Positions 24,100 to 37,371 of a stretch of 64,000 bases of DNA are shown here, piece by piece. The stretch's first letter is position 1, and the number at the start of each line of letters is the position of its first letter. The notes below the pieces were generated by a model. That model had not been told where the DNA came from. It searched no databases and saw only the letters and a list, made by a program, of their open reading frames with translations. A program made the translations under genes and the position numbers. Origin of the DNA: Lama glama (taxonomy: Eukaryota). Where the stretch lies: positions 26,414,001 to 26,478,000 of the forward strand of contig CM052817.1 of the NCBI GenBank assembly GCA_028534125.1. The letters run 5' to 3'.

Positions 24100-25460
24100 A
24101 AGGTAAATTTTGTAGTATGTTAGATGGTGTTAAGGGCAATGGATGATTAGCAGGAAAGGGAGATTGGGAGAAAGTGGGAGATATGATTTTAAATTGGGTA
24201 ATCAAGGAAAAAAATCATTGAATGTGACACTAGAGCAAAGATTTCAAGAAGTGAGAGAGTTAGCAATACAAATATCTTGGGGAAAAATATATTAAAGGCC
24301 AGCAAGGAGGTGGGCCATAGTAAGAACTTTAACTTTTACTCTGAGGGACATGAAGAACCATTTGAAGATTCTGATTCACTCTGACTTAAGTTGTATAAAA
24401 ACCATTGTGGCTGGTGTGTTGAGAATAGATTGTAGGGGACAAGAAGTGGAAGCAGGGAGACCATTTAGGAGACAGGAATTCAGGTGAAAGATGACAGTAG
24501 CCAGACCAAATGTTTAGAGCAGGTTTTGGAAAAAAAATTTGGTTTTGGATATGTTATGTTTGAATTGTTTATTAGGTAGATCCAAGTGGAGGAAGTCAGA
24601 GTTCTCCGGATCTGTGAGTCCCTGCCCTTGGGGAGCTTATGCTTTACTGGAATATGGGTAGTAAATGCAATAAATAAATAAAACAAATGGATAAAACATA
24701 TACAATGTTAGAAGATGTTTTATGGAGAAAGTTCAAATGAGGAAGGAAGGATAATTTTGAGAGACTGACTCCCTGAGAAGATGACAATTGAGTAATGATA
24801 GGAAAGTGGTGAGGGAAATCAATCTTCTAGTTACCTGGGAGAATAGTAGTCTAGGTAGAAGGGACCAAATATAAAAGGTCCCGAGATGGGAACATGTCTG
24901 GTGTGTTTGAAGAACAAGGAGGCAAAGCATGGCTGGAGTGACATAAGCAAGGGAAAGGAGATTAGGGATGACAGCACCAAAGTAGAAGTGTCTGGGTTAC
25001 AGGCCATTTTAAGGGATCTTTTACCCTGAGTGAGATGGGAGGGTAGTGGATGGTTTAGCAGGAGAGAGGCATGATCTGACCTGTAGCTAAACTGAGTCAT
25101 TCCAGTTGTTGTGCTAAATAGACTGAAGGGGGAAGGGTGGAAGCAGGGAGATTGGCTAGGAGATTTTACAGCAATCCAGGCAAGAGGCTGAGGCAGCAGT
25201 GGAGATGGTGAAGAATGTTCATATTCTGCATACCTTTTGAGGGTTGCATTGACAAAATTGGCTTACCAGTTGGACGTGGGATGAAAGAGAGTCAAGAATT
25301 ATTCTAAAGTATTTTACTTGAGCAGTTGGAAGGATAGAGTTGCATTATTTGAAATGCGAAAGACTGGGAAGAGCAGGTTTGAGGGAGGTGATCAGGAGCT
25401 CAGTTTTGGACATGTTAAGTTTATGATGCCTATTAGACATGCAAATAAGTGTTCAGTAGG
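24100..25460 (-). mobile_element. L2 fragments (two partly homologous pieces)
   Basis: gagaatagattgtaggggacaagaagtggaagcagggagacc; gatcaggagctcagttttggacatgttaagttt. Confidence 0.7.
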
Positions 25461-25756
25461 CATTCTCATTATGAATACTGTTTTGTTTTTTAAAAATGAA
25501 ATAATTATTTTAAAACAGAGGGTGTATTCACTGTTCTGAAAATATATTACATTTGCTAATATCTTAATTTTTAACATGTTCAATCCTGGCAAAACTTGAA
25601 TATTTTGAAGAGAGGGAAATTGTTTGATTGCTTTTTGGCTTTATTGCCAGCAGAGTTGATGGTACTTTCTTAGAGTTAAATAAAGATGTCATTCCGACTT
25701 TAGACACGGAAATATAACTATATAGTCTGAGTTTTTCTACTTGCTTTCTATTTTAG

Positions 25757-25869
25757 GTCCTTTTACTGCTGGATTGTGCAAGATATTTAACCCTGTTTTC
25801 TTTGAGGTATGACTTAAATATCAAACATCTTAATAAGAAAAGGGAAACATTTTAGTTTTGGAAGTCAGA
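25757..25869 (+). other. N4BP2: 5'UTR part of exon 3
   Basis: Acceptor ttgctttctattttag|GTCC, contiguous with the ATG at 25870. Confidence 0.8.
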
Positions 25870-26095
25870 ATGCCAAGGAGAAGGAAAAATCTTGGGGGAA
25901 ATCATTTTCGGAAGACTGCAAACTCTAAGGAAGTTGTATCCAGTGTTACTAGTCATGAGGAGCCAACCACTACTCTTCCTTCCATGTATGAGACAAAAAT
26001 TGATCAGGAAGAACTCTTCACCAGTATCTCAGAGATGTTTTCTGATCTGGATCCTGATGTAGTGTATTTGATGCTTTCTGAATGTGATTTCAAAG
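25870..26095 (+). CDS. N4BP2: N4BP2 exon 3, start codon (MPRRRKNLGG..., start of CUE-like domain)
   Basis: Recognisable N4BP2 N-terminus; donor AAG|GTGAGA; 226 nt, phase 1. Confidence 0.95.
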
Positions 26096-26369
26096 GTGAG
26101 ACAAAGTTGAGTTTGAACCCTTTGCGTCTTATAAGGAGACTTCATGTATTATGCCATGACCAGTAGTAATATAGAAAATGACTACTTTATTTCTATTTTG
26201 TTCATCATTTATTGAGTATCTGCTGTGAGTAGTGTACTAATTTTGGTATTAATAGGGATATGAAGAAGAGTAAAGCATATTTTCTGCTTTCAAGAAATGT
26301 ACTTAGGTGTAAGATAAATGTATAGATATCATATTCTGTGTTTTATTTCTTTTTATCTTCCCTCTAGAA

Positions 26370-26579
26370 CAGGTTGGCACTATTGACATTTTGGACCGGA
26401 TAATTCTTTGTTGTGAGTGGCTTTCCTGTGCATCATAGGATGTTCAACAGCATCTCTGGACTTACCCACTAGATGACAGTGGCACATTCTTCCCCCTCCC
26501 CCAGTTGTGACAATTAAAAATGCCTCTATATTGTCATATGTCCCCTGGGGGCAAAATCATCCCCAGTTGAGAACCATTG
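26370..26579. mobile_element. MER20 hAT-Charlie element
   Basis: ggcactattgacattttggaccggataattctttgttgtg ... cccctgggggcaaaatcatccccagttgagaaccattg; TSD-like ctctagaa / acctagaa. Confidence 0.85.
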
Positions 26580-26744
26580 ACCTAGAATGTAAGCTCCATA
26601 AAGACAGGGGTTTAAAAAACTTTTGATTTACTGTTGTATCTCCAGCCCCTAAAATAGCGAATGATTCATAGTAGGATCACAGGAAATATTGGGTAAAAAG
26701 ATAATTATAATTGTGGAAATGAGAGCTGATTGAGTTGAGAATAG

Positions 26745-26900
26745 TAGAATAGTGTGGTTTCAAAACATTGGCTTTGGAGTCAAGAAAACTGGGTTGGATT
26801 GCCAGCTCTACCATTTAACCTCTCTGGGTCTCACTTTTCTTATCTGTTAATAAGAAAAATAATAGCATGTACCTCATAGGACTTTTTTGGTGAGGACTGA
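26745..26900 (+). mobile_element. MIR SINE remnant
   Basis: ggctttggagtcaagaaaactgggttggattgccagctctacca. Confidence 0.65.
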
Positions 26901-28214
26901 GGTTTTGTTTTTCTTGATAAAATCTTTAGTAAGCTATTAATGACTTGTAGTAAATTGGAAGTTATGTTTGCAGAGGGGAAACTATCAAACTTGACTGGAT
27001 GAGTAAATTAAATATTGATGCTTAGTATTGCTACAGGGTATGATTAGTATAAGTTAAAATTATTCTAGATTTGGGAAGTTTTGGTAATGCGTGATAAACT
27101 TCCATTTTTATTTTTACGTTGCATGGTATCTGATGTGAGCATATCTTATCTACCCTGTTGTCTACAATTTTATATGTGACTTCGACATTTATTTCCTAAT
27201 TTTGATGTGTTTAAAATTTATTTGTTGTACATACACTAACATAGCAGTGAGGAATTACAAGGAAAATATCCTAACAAAAAACATTTCTCTTTCCAGAATC
27301 TTCTCTACACATTGTTTATAAATACTGATATTTTGAGTAGTTTGAATAATAACATTGATAAAATTGTCTATTCTACTTTTTAAACTTAACCTGAACATTA
27401 TTTTTCAGTGTTGCTGCAGTCTTTCTATTTAACAGCTTTCTAATATTCCACTGGGTAGTTGTGCTCTGTTTTAAAATTATAATGTCGTTTTACATGAAAA
27501 ATTAATATTGCAAAGAACATCTTGGTTCAAATAACCTTTTTTGTCTTTTGGCTTTTTTTCTTAGTCCCAAAGTTTTAATTTCTTGTATCACGAGATGAGA
27601 ACAGTTTTCGGCTCTTGGAAGCATACCGCTCAATTGCCTACTAAAGAGGTGTGCCAGTTTGTAATAACAGCAGCACTGTATAAGTATAGTGGTTTCACCG
27701 CAGCCTTTTCAGCATTGAGTGCTATTATTTTAAGATTTTAGGAATAAAATTTTACCTTTTCTTTATGGTATTTTTTGTTTTGTTTTGTTTTGTTTTTTTT
27801 TTAGATAAAGAAGAATGTTGAACATTTTTGTACACAATTGTTCATTAATTCTTGTATTCTTGTGTGAATTGTTCACTGATGTGTTTTTCATTGTTTTTAT
27901 ATACCATTTTAATTTTTTCAACACCGTGTAAGAACTTTTCTTTTGTGTGATGTATATGTCTTGATCTTATACCTATTTTTACTTAATACTGTTTTTCATT
28001 ATATATACATTAATTTTTTGGTTGATCTTTTCTTTTGTGGTTTTTCTAGCATGTAGATTTTCTTCTTAGAAATACCTCTTCTGTTCGATTTTTTTTTTTC
28101 TTTTTTCCATGTTTAGGGCTTCTAGCCTTTGTAGTGTTGCTATAATCTTCTAACTGGTCTCTCTGTCAGGCTTGCCCCGTCCAATCCCTCTCTGTTTTTC
28201 TTCTTAAGGGAACA

Positions 28215-28450
28215 TTAATTGGGTGCTTACTAGGTGCCAGTCCTTGTGCACGCCCTTTTTCATGGATTATCTCATTTAATCCTCACAACAAACCTATGAG
28301 GTAGGTACTTTTATTATCCCCATATTGCAAATGAGAAAATCAAGGCTTAGAAAAGTTAAGTAACTTGTTCAAAGTGTCATTGCCAGCAAGTAGGGATTTA
28401 AATGTCATTCTGACTCCTGATCAGAGAGCTGTTACCTACTGTGCTGTGCT
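28215..28450 (-). mobile_element. MIR SINE
   Basis: tctcatttaatcctcacaacaaacctatgaggtaggtact...aagttaagtaacttg. Confidence 0.85.
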
Positions 28451-28559
28451 GTTTCCATTTTTATCTTCCTTAAAATAAAACAAGGTAAAACACAAAAATA
28501 ATATTTAAAAAATCCTCAAGTTACAGATGCTTAACGATTCTAATGTCTCTGTGTTTATG

Positions 28560-28770
28560 TTATAATGGAAAGAGCTCTGCCTTGGAGTCAGATGTCCCAA
28601 CCCTGGCTCTGTCCCTTATTATCTGTGTGACTTGGGCCAAGTTAATGTATATTCTGAACTTCATTCTTTTCGTCTGTTTGCTAGGAATACTATCCCTCAT
28701 AGGATAATTTGAAGATTCAGTGAGGTGATGTGTATGAAGCTTCTAGTCCAAATACTATGACAGGTAGTTT
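28560..28770 (+). mobile_element. MIR SINE
   Basis: ccttggagtcaga...ctgtgtgacttgggccaagtta. Confidence 0.75.
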
Positions 28771-29727
28771 CCCTTCAAGTTCCCTTAGGAAATTAAGTTG
28801 ATATTTCCTACCATGACATACAGGACCCTTTCCAGTTTCACTCGATCTCCTTTTCCAGTTTCATCTCCTTCTTTTATCTGCCATACTACCATGTACTCAC
28901 ATTCCAACCAACTATCTTAATACCTTAAACATATTTTGGTTTTTAAGACTGGCTTTACCTTTCCCTTCTGTGTCTGACAAGTTTCTTTTTAATCTTCAAC
29001 TCCCAGTTCACATACCGCCTTTTGTGAAATCTTTCCTTACTCTCCTATAAGGCTGCTAAGGCATTTGTATAGTATTAAAAGTATGCATTATTTCATCTTT
29101 ATTATATTATAATGTAATTGTCTTCTAATGTAGTTAATTATCTTTAATTGCTTCTGTTAGACTGCAAACATCCTTTGAGTATAGTAAAAATTGTCTTATT
29201 CATTTTTATACGAAGTATGTCTGATACGTAGTACATGCTCATACATATTTTTTGTATTAAGTAAAATTCATAGCATGGACCATATAAACAAATTAGATTT
29301 ACTAGGGGAGTACTTAAAATACTTCATACTTAAAAGGACATGCAGAGGGTAAGTATTCATTGAATAAATCAACTGGTTTTAGGATTTTATAAAAAACCCT
29401 AATACATACAATTACAGATATTTTATATTTATTTGGTAAATTAATAGAGAACATCTACGTGATGGCAGTTCACTAGCCTGGGTTATTATTATTCATCTGA
29501 AAGTAACAACACTGCATTTCTCCATCATTCAAACCTTTCCCTAACACAGACTGGTATATTAATAAAATATTAATTCAAAAATGACTTGAATATTTATAAA
29601 TTTTTCTATATTTCATTCAATGCAAAATCTAGTATAATTTTATGTGGATTTTAATCAAATTATATTTTACTGTTTTCAACACATACAGATACATTTTGTT
29701 GTTGTTATTGTTGTTCTTGTTGTACAG

Positions 29728-30868
29728 TTGAAAATGCCATGGATTGTCTGTTAGAATTATCTACCACTGATGCTAAGATAGAAGACTCTTCTTCAAAAAG
29801 CTTAATTTCTTCTGAGAACCAAGTCAACGCAGCTGGTTGTGCAATAATGGAAAAGTGTCCTCCTGAAGAAGAGAGTGAAGATTCAAAAATGGATTCATTT
29901 TTGGACATGCAGCTAACTGAAGACTTGGATTCCTTAATACAGAATGCTTTTGAGAAATTGAACTCTTCTCCTGATGACCAAGTCTACTCATTTTTGCCTT
30001 TGCAAGATGTTAATAGTTTTAGTGACCCGAGTGCATTTATAAATTCAGATTCAAATAATACGACTCCCATTCTTTCTACCCAAAATATGGATTTGAACAA
30101 TGAAAATTTAGAGAATCCTGCCTCTGCATTATGTTCAAATTCCTTAACTTCATGTTCAGTTTCAGAAGAGTCCAAAAGTTTTACAAAGGATAATACTTTG
30201 GCATTGGAAGATTCTCTTCTTACCAGTTCTTTAAATGTAGCAAATGATGCTATGGCAAGTTGTAGCAGTCAAATTCAGAAAGAGATTTTAGAATCTGAGT
30301 GTGCTGAGACTCAGTTCTCTCAAGCCCCTGTGGATGTGGATGCCGGCGAACCTCAGGCTCCTTTAAACCTTACTGTGCAAAATCCGGGGCTTGGTTTACT
30401 AAGTACAGGTGGAGATCAGAAATCTATTTCTGTCCCTGATGTGTTTGTACCTTCTGAAGAATTCAGTTTCCAGCCACACAAACATACTGAGCTGCCACCA
30501 AAGGGGAAGGATGTGAATTTCTGCCCAGTGCTTACCCCTCTCCCTCTACTGCTGCCGCCGCCACCTCCTCCACCAATGTGGAATCCGATGATTCCTGCTT
30601 TTGACCTCTTTCAAGGAAACCATGGCTTTGTAGCTCCCGTTGTAACCACAGCTGCACACTGGAGGCCTGTCAACTATACATTTCCATCCCCGGTTATTTC
30701 TCACACTTCCCCAACAAAAGTATGGAGAAATAAAGAGGGAACAAGTGCTTATCAAGTACAAGAAACTCCAGTTTCTCAGGTTGTAAGAAAGAAGACATCA
30801 TCTTATATTGGACTAGTTCTTGTTCTTCTCAGAGGGCTTCCGGGATCAGGAAAATCTTTTTTGGCAAG
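29728..30868 (+). CDS. N4BP2: N4BP2 exon 4 (end of CUE, Ser/acidic region, poly-Pro, Walker A GLPGSGKS)
   Basis: cag|TT acceptor, AG|GTATGA donor; 1141 nt open; P-loop LVLLRGLPGSGKS. Confidence 0.97.
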
Positions 30869-33354
30869 GTATGAGGTTTAATTGAGTTTTTAAAAAAAAA
30901 AACAGTATAATGTATGAACTTGAACATTTATAACAGCATGAATATGTGAAATGTTTTTGCTTAATAGAGATGTTTACTAATTTTTTCTAACTTTGTAGCT
31001 AATAGTACTGTTTTCTCCACAAGTTTTTTACTGAATTCTTTCATCTCAGAATATCATTTTGAGAAACAGAATAGAAGAAAAAATTAAAGATGATTCTAAG
31101 ATGATGAGCTTGTGAAATGAACAGAAATAAGTTCATGTGGAAGAGAACTAATTTGAGTGGGAGAAAGATGAAATCAACTTTGATTACAGAGATAAAGGGC
31201 CATAATTGATTTTGAATTCAAGGAAGTCTTACATAGAAGGATTCTACTGGTAATTGGAAATTTGGGGTTGTAGCATGTTAAATAAAATTTTAGAAATGTG
31301 TGATTTGAAGGAAGAGAACACAGCATGAATCACTGGTAGTCAGAGAACTTCAAATTTTCAATTTTATTTGTTGCAAAATATGGTATCCTCAATTATTTTG
31401 TTTTATATATCTGTATGTATCCCTTTTGTAGTTAAGTTCCATTGTGGATTCCTTGGTCTGAGAGATTAGAGTCAGGGTTAGAAGCAGCTTTGTTGTGTTT
31501 TCACTTGTTAAAAAGTATTGTTTTCAGAATCTCTGCATCCCCTTTATTTTTTAAATTCCGGAATATTTACATCTAATATGCTTTATTTGCCAGTGTTTTT
31601 CCTCTTCCTTCCAAATTTTAACTCTTTGTTCTCTTCTGTTCTTAGCTAGGTCTCTTCTATTTGATCCCAGGTGTACCTAGTCTTTGTGAATTTATATGTG
31701 CCTTGGAATGTCCTTGATGAGCTCATTTTCAGTTGTTCTTTAAAGTGCTTTCTTAGTCTAGATATATCTTTCAATAGATTTCCATATAGTCTATTCATAC
31801 ACTTTTAAGTATATTCTGTAGACATAGGCTTTCTCATTGATTTAATGACTACAACAATAAAAACCATTTTAATTTAGTATTACAGATATTACAGTCAGTT
31901 ATGATACTGCATTTTGTGAAAGAGTGGAGCAGAAGGTGGTACCTTAAAAGGTAATAGAGCTGTGACACAGGTTTGAAGAACTAGGTTTCAGAGGCCTTTG
32001 AGTGAGAGGCAGCTATAGTTAGAGATTGGAAGAGAAAGAAGTGCTTGTCACAAAGTTTGAACTTACTTGTACTTTTGAATGAATAGAGAAATAACTGGGA
32101 AGTACAGAGGCATAGAAACTGAGTTTTCTCAGACAGAATGGTTCATAGTATTAAACTAGTGTGCAAGCCCACAGAAAATGAAAGGCGAAGAAAGGCTTTT
32201 GGGTTTATTGGAAAGAAGATCGTTTTAAGGTCATATCTTAAAAACAGTTGTGTTGTGCTGGGAAGGTAGAATACCTTAAGACCTCAAAAAAGCATTTATA
32301 CTGAAGTAGTTGAAGGAGAGAAGTTGAGTAATAGGTGAAAAGGGGTCCTTAAAGTCTGGTTAAAAATTTAAAAGATAGCTGAGATGTATATATGTTTAAA
32401 GGGAAGAAGGGAAGAGAAGTGTCAGAGAGGGGAAAACTTAGAGATAAAAGAAAAGAGGATAAATGTAGGAGTCATAGAAAGTGGGGTGAAGTGAGGATTC
32501 ACTAAAATGTAAGCTCCGTGTGTGTGAGAATGTCTCTCGTTCACTGATATATGCTCAGTGATTAACATAGTGCCTGGCATTTAGTAGATGCTAATAAAAA
32601 TTAAATTCAAAAGATGTATTTTAGCTTTAGAAATATTTATGCATATTTTAGGAGAGGATAAATGTTGATATTTTACAAATGGTTAAGAATAGTAGCATTG
32701 TTATGTCTCTGGGTTCTGTTTGCTTAGTTTTTGCATGTATCTCAATTATATAGAAGATGAATTTCAGAGTCAGGAAAGAGATGTCTTAACTGCGTAATTT
32801 AGCAGATTAAATTAATAGTCTATTAATATTATATTTTTGGATGTTTTTGGCATATTCAGTAAATTTATAGCAATATACAAAGCTTCATCTACTTTTGAAG
32901 ATCTGTTGAACATCAAGGTGCTTGCCGACCTTGAAGTGACCTTCGCCTTAGAGTAGGTAATGTAGATCAGGGTGCATTCAAGTAACCAGATGAGGGAGAT
33001 GCCTGTGACTGATAAAGAGCTCTGAAGCATTTTCAATTACCAGGTTTCCTTGATAATTAAAAATGTGTTAATTTTCAAACCTTTATAGTAAGGATAAAGA
33101 ACTTTACAATATTTTTAAAAAGTTTCTGAAATAATAATTTACATAAAGTAAAGCAGACTTGCCTTAGGTCAGTTTTCTTGGGAGTCAAACTTCTGCTTAG
33201 AGGATTTCTGATATGATTTCTTTGAATATTGTAATATTCTCATTCTTTTAAATAATAATGCTTGAATTTTTAATTAAGATTATGACCTTGCAAAAATTAG
33301 TAGAGAGAATTTAGAAGAAAAATTAATGAAAATAATTCCATTTATCATTCACAG

Positions 33355-33479
33355 AACTTTGCAAGAGGATAATCCGAGTGGAGTCATTCTTAGTACTGAT
33401 GATTATTTTTACATAAATGGACAGTACCAGTTTGATGTAAAGTACTTAGGAGAAGCTCATGAGTGGAACCAGAATCGTG
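33355..33479 (+). CDS. N4BP2: N4BP2 exon 5 (kinase domain, ILSTDDYF)
   Basis: cag|A and G|GTAAGA; 125 nt, phases fit. Confidence 0.96.
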
Positions 33480-34494
33480 GTAAGAATAGACACCAGATGC
33501 TGGGTAGTATTAAGAGCAATATAAAGAAAAAAATCCACTTAGTATTTGTGACATAACTTTTAAAGAGTTACAGTTAACTTTAGTTTATTATTGTACTATA
33601 TATAATATAAATAAAGTTAACAACAATTTTATGTTACATAAGAAGAGGTAAAAAAGGTGGTCTTAAAGAGTCGTTACGAGGATTAATAAGTTAATTTTTG
33701 TAAAATGTTTGAAATATTGCATGACATGTTTAAGTTTTATACAGTCAATGGGGATCTTGTTAGAAATAAATCATATTTTCTACATTGGTCTCAGAATAGC
33801 TCAAGATGCTTATAGTTGTCTAGTATGCTCTCTGGTTCCTGTTTCTTGAAATGGAATCTGCATTGTTAACCACTGGTCTTCCCTAGATTGGCTTAATTTT
33901 TATGAAAGATAGTGTGAGGGTAAAAATGACTCTCTTCAAACTGAATCTGCAGGGATCATAGATAAAACTTTAATTTCTTTATTAGTGCAACTGTCTACTC
34001 ACTGAAGATGTTTTTTATCATGAAATGTTTAGTTATGAATAGTTTAAATTTTATATGGGAAGTTCTTACTAAGAGATATAGATAATATTTTATTTACTTA
34101 GATTTTCTTTTGTGGTAAATTCACTGTGAAGGCTATTCTTGAATTTATCATCTTTTGATATTATTAAAATTTTCTATATTCCTTCTTGAATTAAGTATTA
34201 AAGTAAGAATTTGGGAATATGAAAATACCAAGACAATTGAAAATAAAGGAAACAGTATGATGGGATGAAGAGCAATCTTGGATTGCCAGTTACTAGCTAA
34301 GTGATCTTGTGCAAGTTATTTATACTCTCCAGGACCCAGTGTCTTCATCTGTAAAAGGACTTAATAATACTAAACCCTCAGGATTCTTGTGTAGTTAAAT
34401 GAGAATGAAAAGTGCTTAACAATAGTTTAACATGCCCTTACTACAGCAGCAACCACAGCAATAATACTATGAAATTAATTGGCAGAATTCTTTT

Positions 34495-35270
34495 TTAAAA
34501 AAGTTTTTTTGAGATATGAATCACATAGTTTTTTAGCATATTCAGAGTTGTACAACCATCACCACAATCAATTTTAGAAGATTTTTATCACCCCTAAAAA
34601 GACTCCATACTCATTAGTAACTCCTCATTTCTTCTCAACCCTCTCCCAGCCCCAGGCAACCACTACTTTACTTTATATCTCTGTAGGTTTGCCTTTTCTG
34701 GACATTGCATATAAGTGGAATCATATAACATGTGGTCTTCTGTGAATGACTTTCGTTTACTTAGCATAATGTTTTCAAAGTTCATCCATGTTGTAGAAAG
34801 TATCAGTCCTTTATTCCTTTTTAATGGCTGAATAATATTCCATTGTATGGATATACCACACTTTATTTATCCATTCATTTAGTTGATGAACATTTGGGTT
34901 GTTTCTACTCTTCGGCTATTATGAATAATGTTGCTATGAATATACCTGTCTATGTCTAACCTTTTTAGGAACTGCCAAGCTATTTTCCAAAGCACTGGCA
35001 CTATTTTACATTCCTACTACCAGTTTATGAGAGTTCCAACTTTTCTATGTTGTCACCAATGCTTGTTATTATCTGTCTTTTTGATTATAGCTATCCTGGT
35101 GGGTGTGAAGTGATATCTTATTGTGGTTTTTATTTGCATTTCCCTAATGGCTAGTGATGTTGAGTATTTTTACATGCTTGTTGGCCACTTGATTATATTC
35201 TTCGGAGAGCTGTCTGAATCATTTGCCTTTTGGATTATTTCTTTTTATTATTGAGTTATAAGGGAGTATA
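34495..35270 (-). mobile_element. L1MB-like 3' fragment
   Basis: gttgtacaaccatcaccacaatcaattttaga; cccagccccaggcaaccact. Confidence 0.85.
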
Positions 35271-35836
35271 CAGAACTTTAAAAACTTCCAGACCTTTACT
35301 TGTAAGGCTTATTTATTGTGGTTCATCATTCATTTTCTGAATGGCCTAATTCCTTGGGGAAAAAGGCAGTTTTATAAGAAAATCTCTTGTGCAATGGTGT
35401 ATAATAATTTTTTCTTTATTTCAAATCATTACATTTTGTTTTTCTGTGTGTGTGTTTGTGTTTTTTGTTTGTTTTTAAACTTTATTTTGGATTAATTTTA
35501 GATTTATGGGAAGGCTGCAAAAGCAGTATAGAGTTTCTCTATAACCCTCACCCATTTTGCCCTAATGTTAACATCTTGTGTAACTATGGTGCATTTGTCA
35601 AGACTAAGAAATTAACATTGGTACATTATTATTAACTGAACTCCAGACTTTTTTTAAATTTAAATTTTTCTAGTAAAGTCCTTTTCTGTTCCAGAATCTT
35701 ACCCAGGATACCATGTTGCTTTTAGCATGATACTGTTTATTTCCTCTGATTATAATTTTAGTATTTATTTAGTATTTATTATTCAACATTTACCTATACT
35801 TGAATACTTAAAAATGGTATTTAGAAGTAGAGTTGT

Positions 35837-35896
35837 TATTCCTGAAACTAACATTGTAAATCAACTATGCTTCAATAAAAACAAAATTAAAAAAAA
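35837..35896 (+). mobile_element. ~60-bp L1 3'-terminal insertion, sense orientation
   Basis: cctgaaactaacattgtaaatcaactat + AATAAA + A-tail; TSD aagtagagttgt (35825) / aagtagaattgt (35897). Confidence 0.75.
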
Positions 35897-36031
35897 AAGT
35901 AGAATTGTGAGTAAAATTAGCACGTATCTGTGATTTTCAAATTATGAAAATAAGATCACATTTTTAAAATATCAAGGTAATCCTTAATGTTGTTATTAAA
36001 AGTGATTTGTCATTTTCTGTTTGTTTTTTAG

Positions 36032-36120
36032 CAAAAGAAGCATTTGAGAAGAAGATATCTCCTGTAATAATAGATAATACAAACCTACAGGCATGGGAAA
36101 TGAAGCCATATGTTGCTTTG
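36032..36120 (+). CDS. N4BP2: N4BP2 exon 6 (VIIDNTN Walker-B-like motif)
   Basis: tag|CA acceptor; AKEAFEKKISPVIIDNTNLQAWEMKPYVAL; donor TTG|GTTTGT; 89 nt. Confidence 0.95.
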
Positions 36121-36695
36121 GTTTGTACCATGAATTGTCATAAGTCTAACAGTGGATTTGAAATTATTGGGGGATGTTAATTACACAACTGAATTTCAAG
36201 CAAACAGTCCTTGGACTGTATATAACTGAGCTTTCTCTGGTCTCTAGCAAAATGAGAAAAATAGGAAGTTTTTCCATAAAACTAAATTTATTTAGTTTTC
36301 AAATTTTGAGATTCAGTTTTTAAATTCTGAGATTTTTTTTTCTTTTGATATCTCTTATGAAAAGATACTGGTTTTAAATTACAATTTTATGTTTGTGTTT
36401 TTATATGTATGTATGTGTGTATACATGGTTTGTTTTCTTACTGCTTTTAGTTGACAGAATCAAAATTTGATGGTCCTTTTTTAGTCCCTAAATTTCTTTT
36501 GAAATTTTGCTGTTCTGAGGAATTCAGAATTCTGTAAACTCAGTATTTTCAGTTCTCCATATTTCTTAGATTCCTTTTTTGCCCAGCTTTGATGTCACCT
36601 TTTCCAGGAAGTTAGCACACTGGGCACTCTTTCTATTTTAATGGCATTCTAGCGTACTTTTGTCATAATGTTATGCACACTTCCTATCAGTAGGC

Positions 36696-36870
36696 CGTGG
36701 GTTGGTGAACTTTTTTCTATAAGGAACCAAATAATAAATATTTTAGGTTTTGCAGGCCACAGTCTCTGTTGCATATACGTTTTAAACAACCCTTTAAAGA
36801 TAAAAAAGTATCCTTAGCTCCTGGGCTGTACAAATGCTGGCTGATAGGTTGAATTTGGCTGTAGAGCATC
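36696..36870. mobile_element. MER58-like hAT-Charlie element
   Basis: gggttggtgaacttttttctataaggaaccaaataataaatattttaggttttgcaggcca. Confidence 0.75.
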
Positions 36871-37371
36871 TGTTTTCTTGAGGGTAGGACTATTTTTTTA
36901 TTCATCATCGACTCTCCAGAGTATAGCACTATGCTTGGCATGTAGTAAGTATATATTCTCTTGAGTAAATTGATGAGTGAAGCTTTCGTGAGTATGGGTA
37001 TTGTTTGTTTTATTCCCCCAAGATTAGCACATGTCTGACACGTTGAAGCTTAATTTGTTTTTTTGGTTAATGAATGTTATACTTGCCATTACTATGTTTT
37101 GTCCTTAGCAGTCCAGCCTATACTCCCTTTGCTCATTGCAGGGTGTTATGTCATTTCCCATCTTGGTGTCTGGGTTGACTTTTGGACTTTTCTGTCAGAA
37201 CGACAGAAGATGATAGTGACCACTGTTGGCATCTTGTCGTCAAGCTGAGGGAATCAGTAGTGGAAGGGGAGGTCAGAGATGTAATGGTAGTTGAGAAGAT
37301 GGTATGGCAGTTTATATAAGGGTTCACAGACCACTGTAAGGACTTTGGATTTTAAGTGACGTGGAAAATAA

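Noticed and set aside
28215..28770. Inverted MIR pair as a dsRNA or editing substrate
   Set aside because: The copies are too diverged for long continuous pairing by eye
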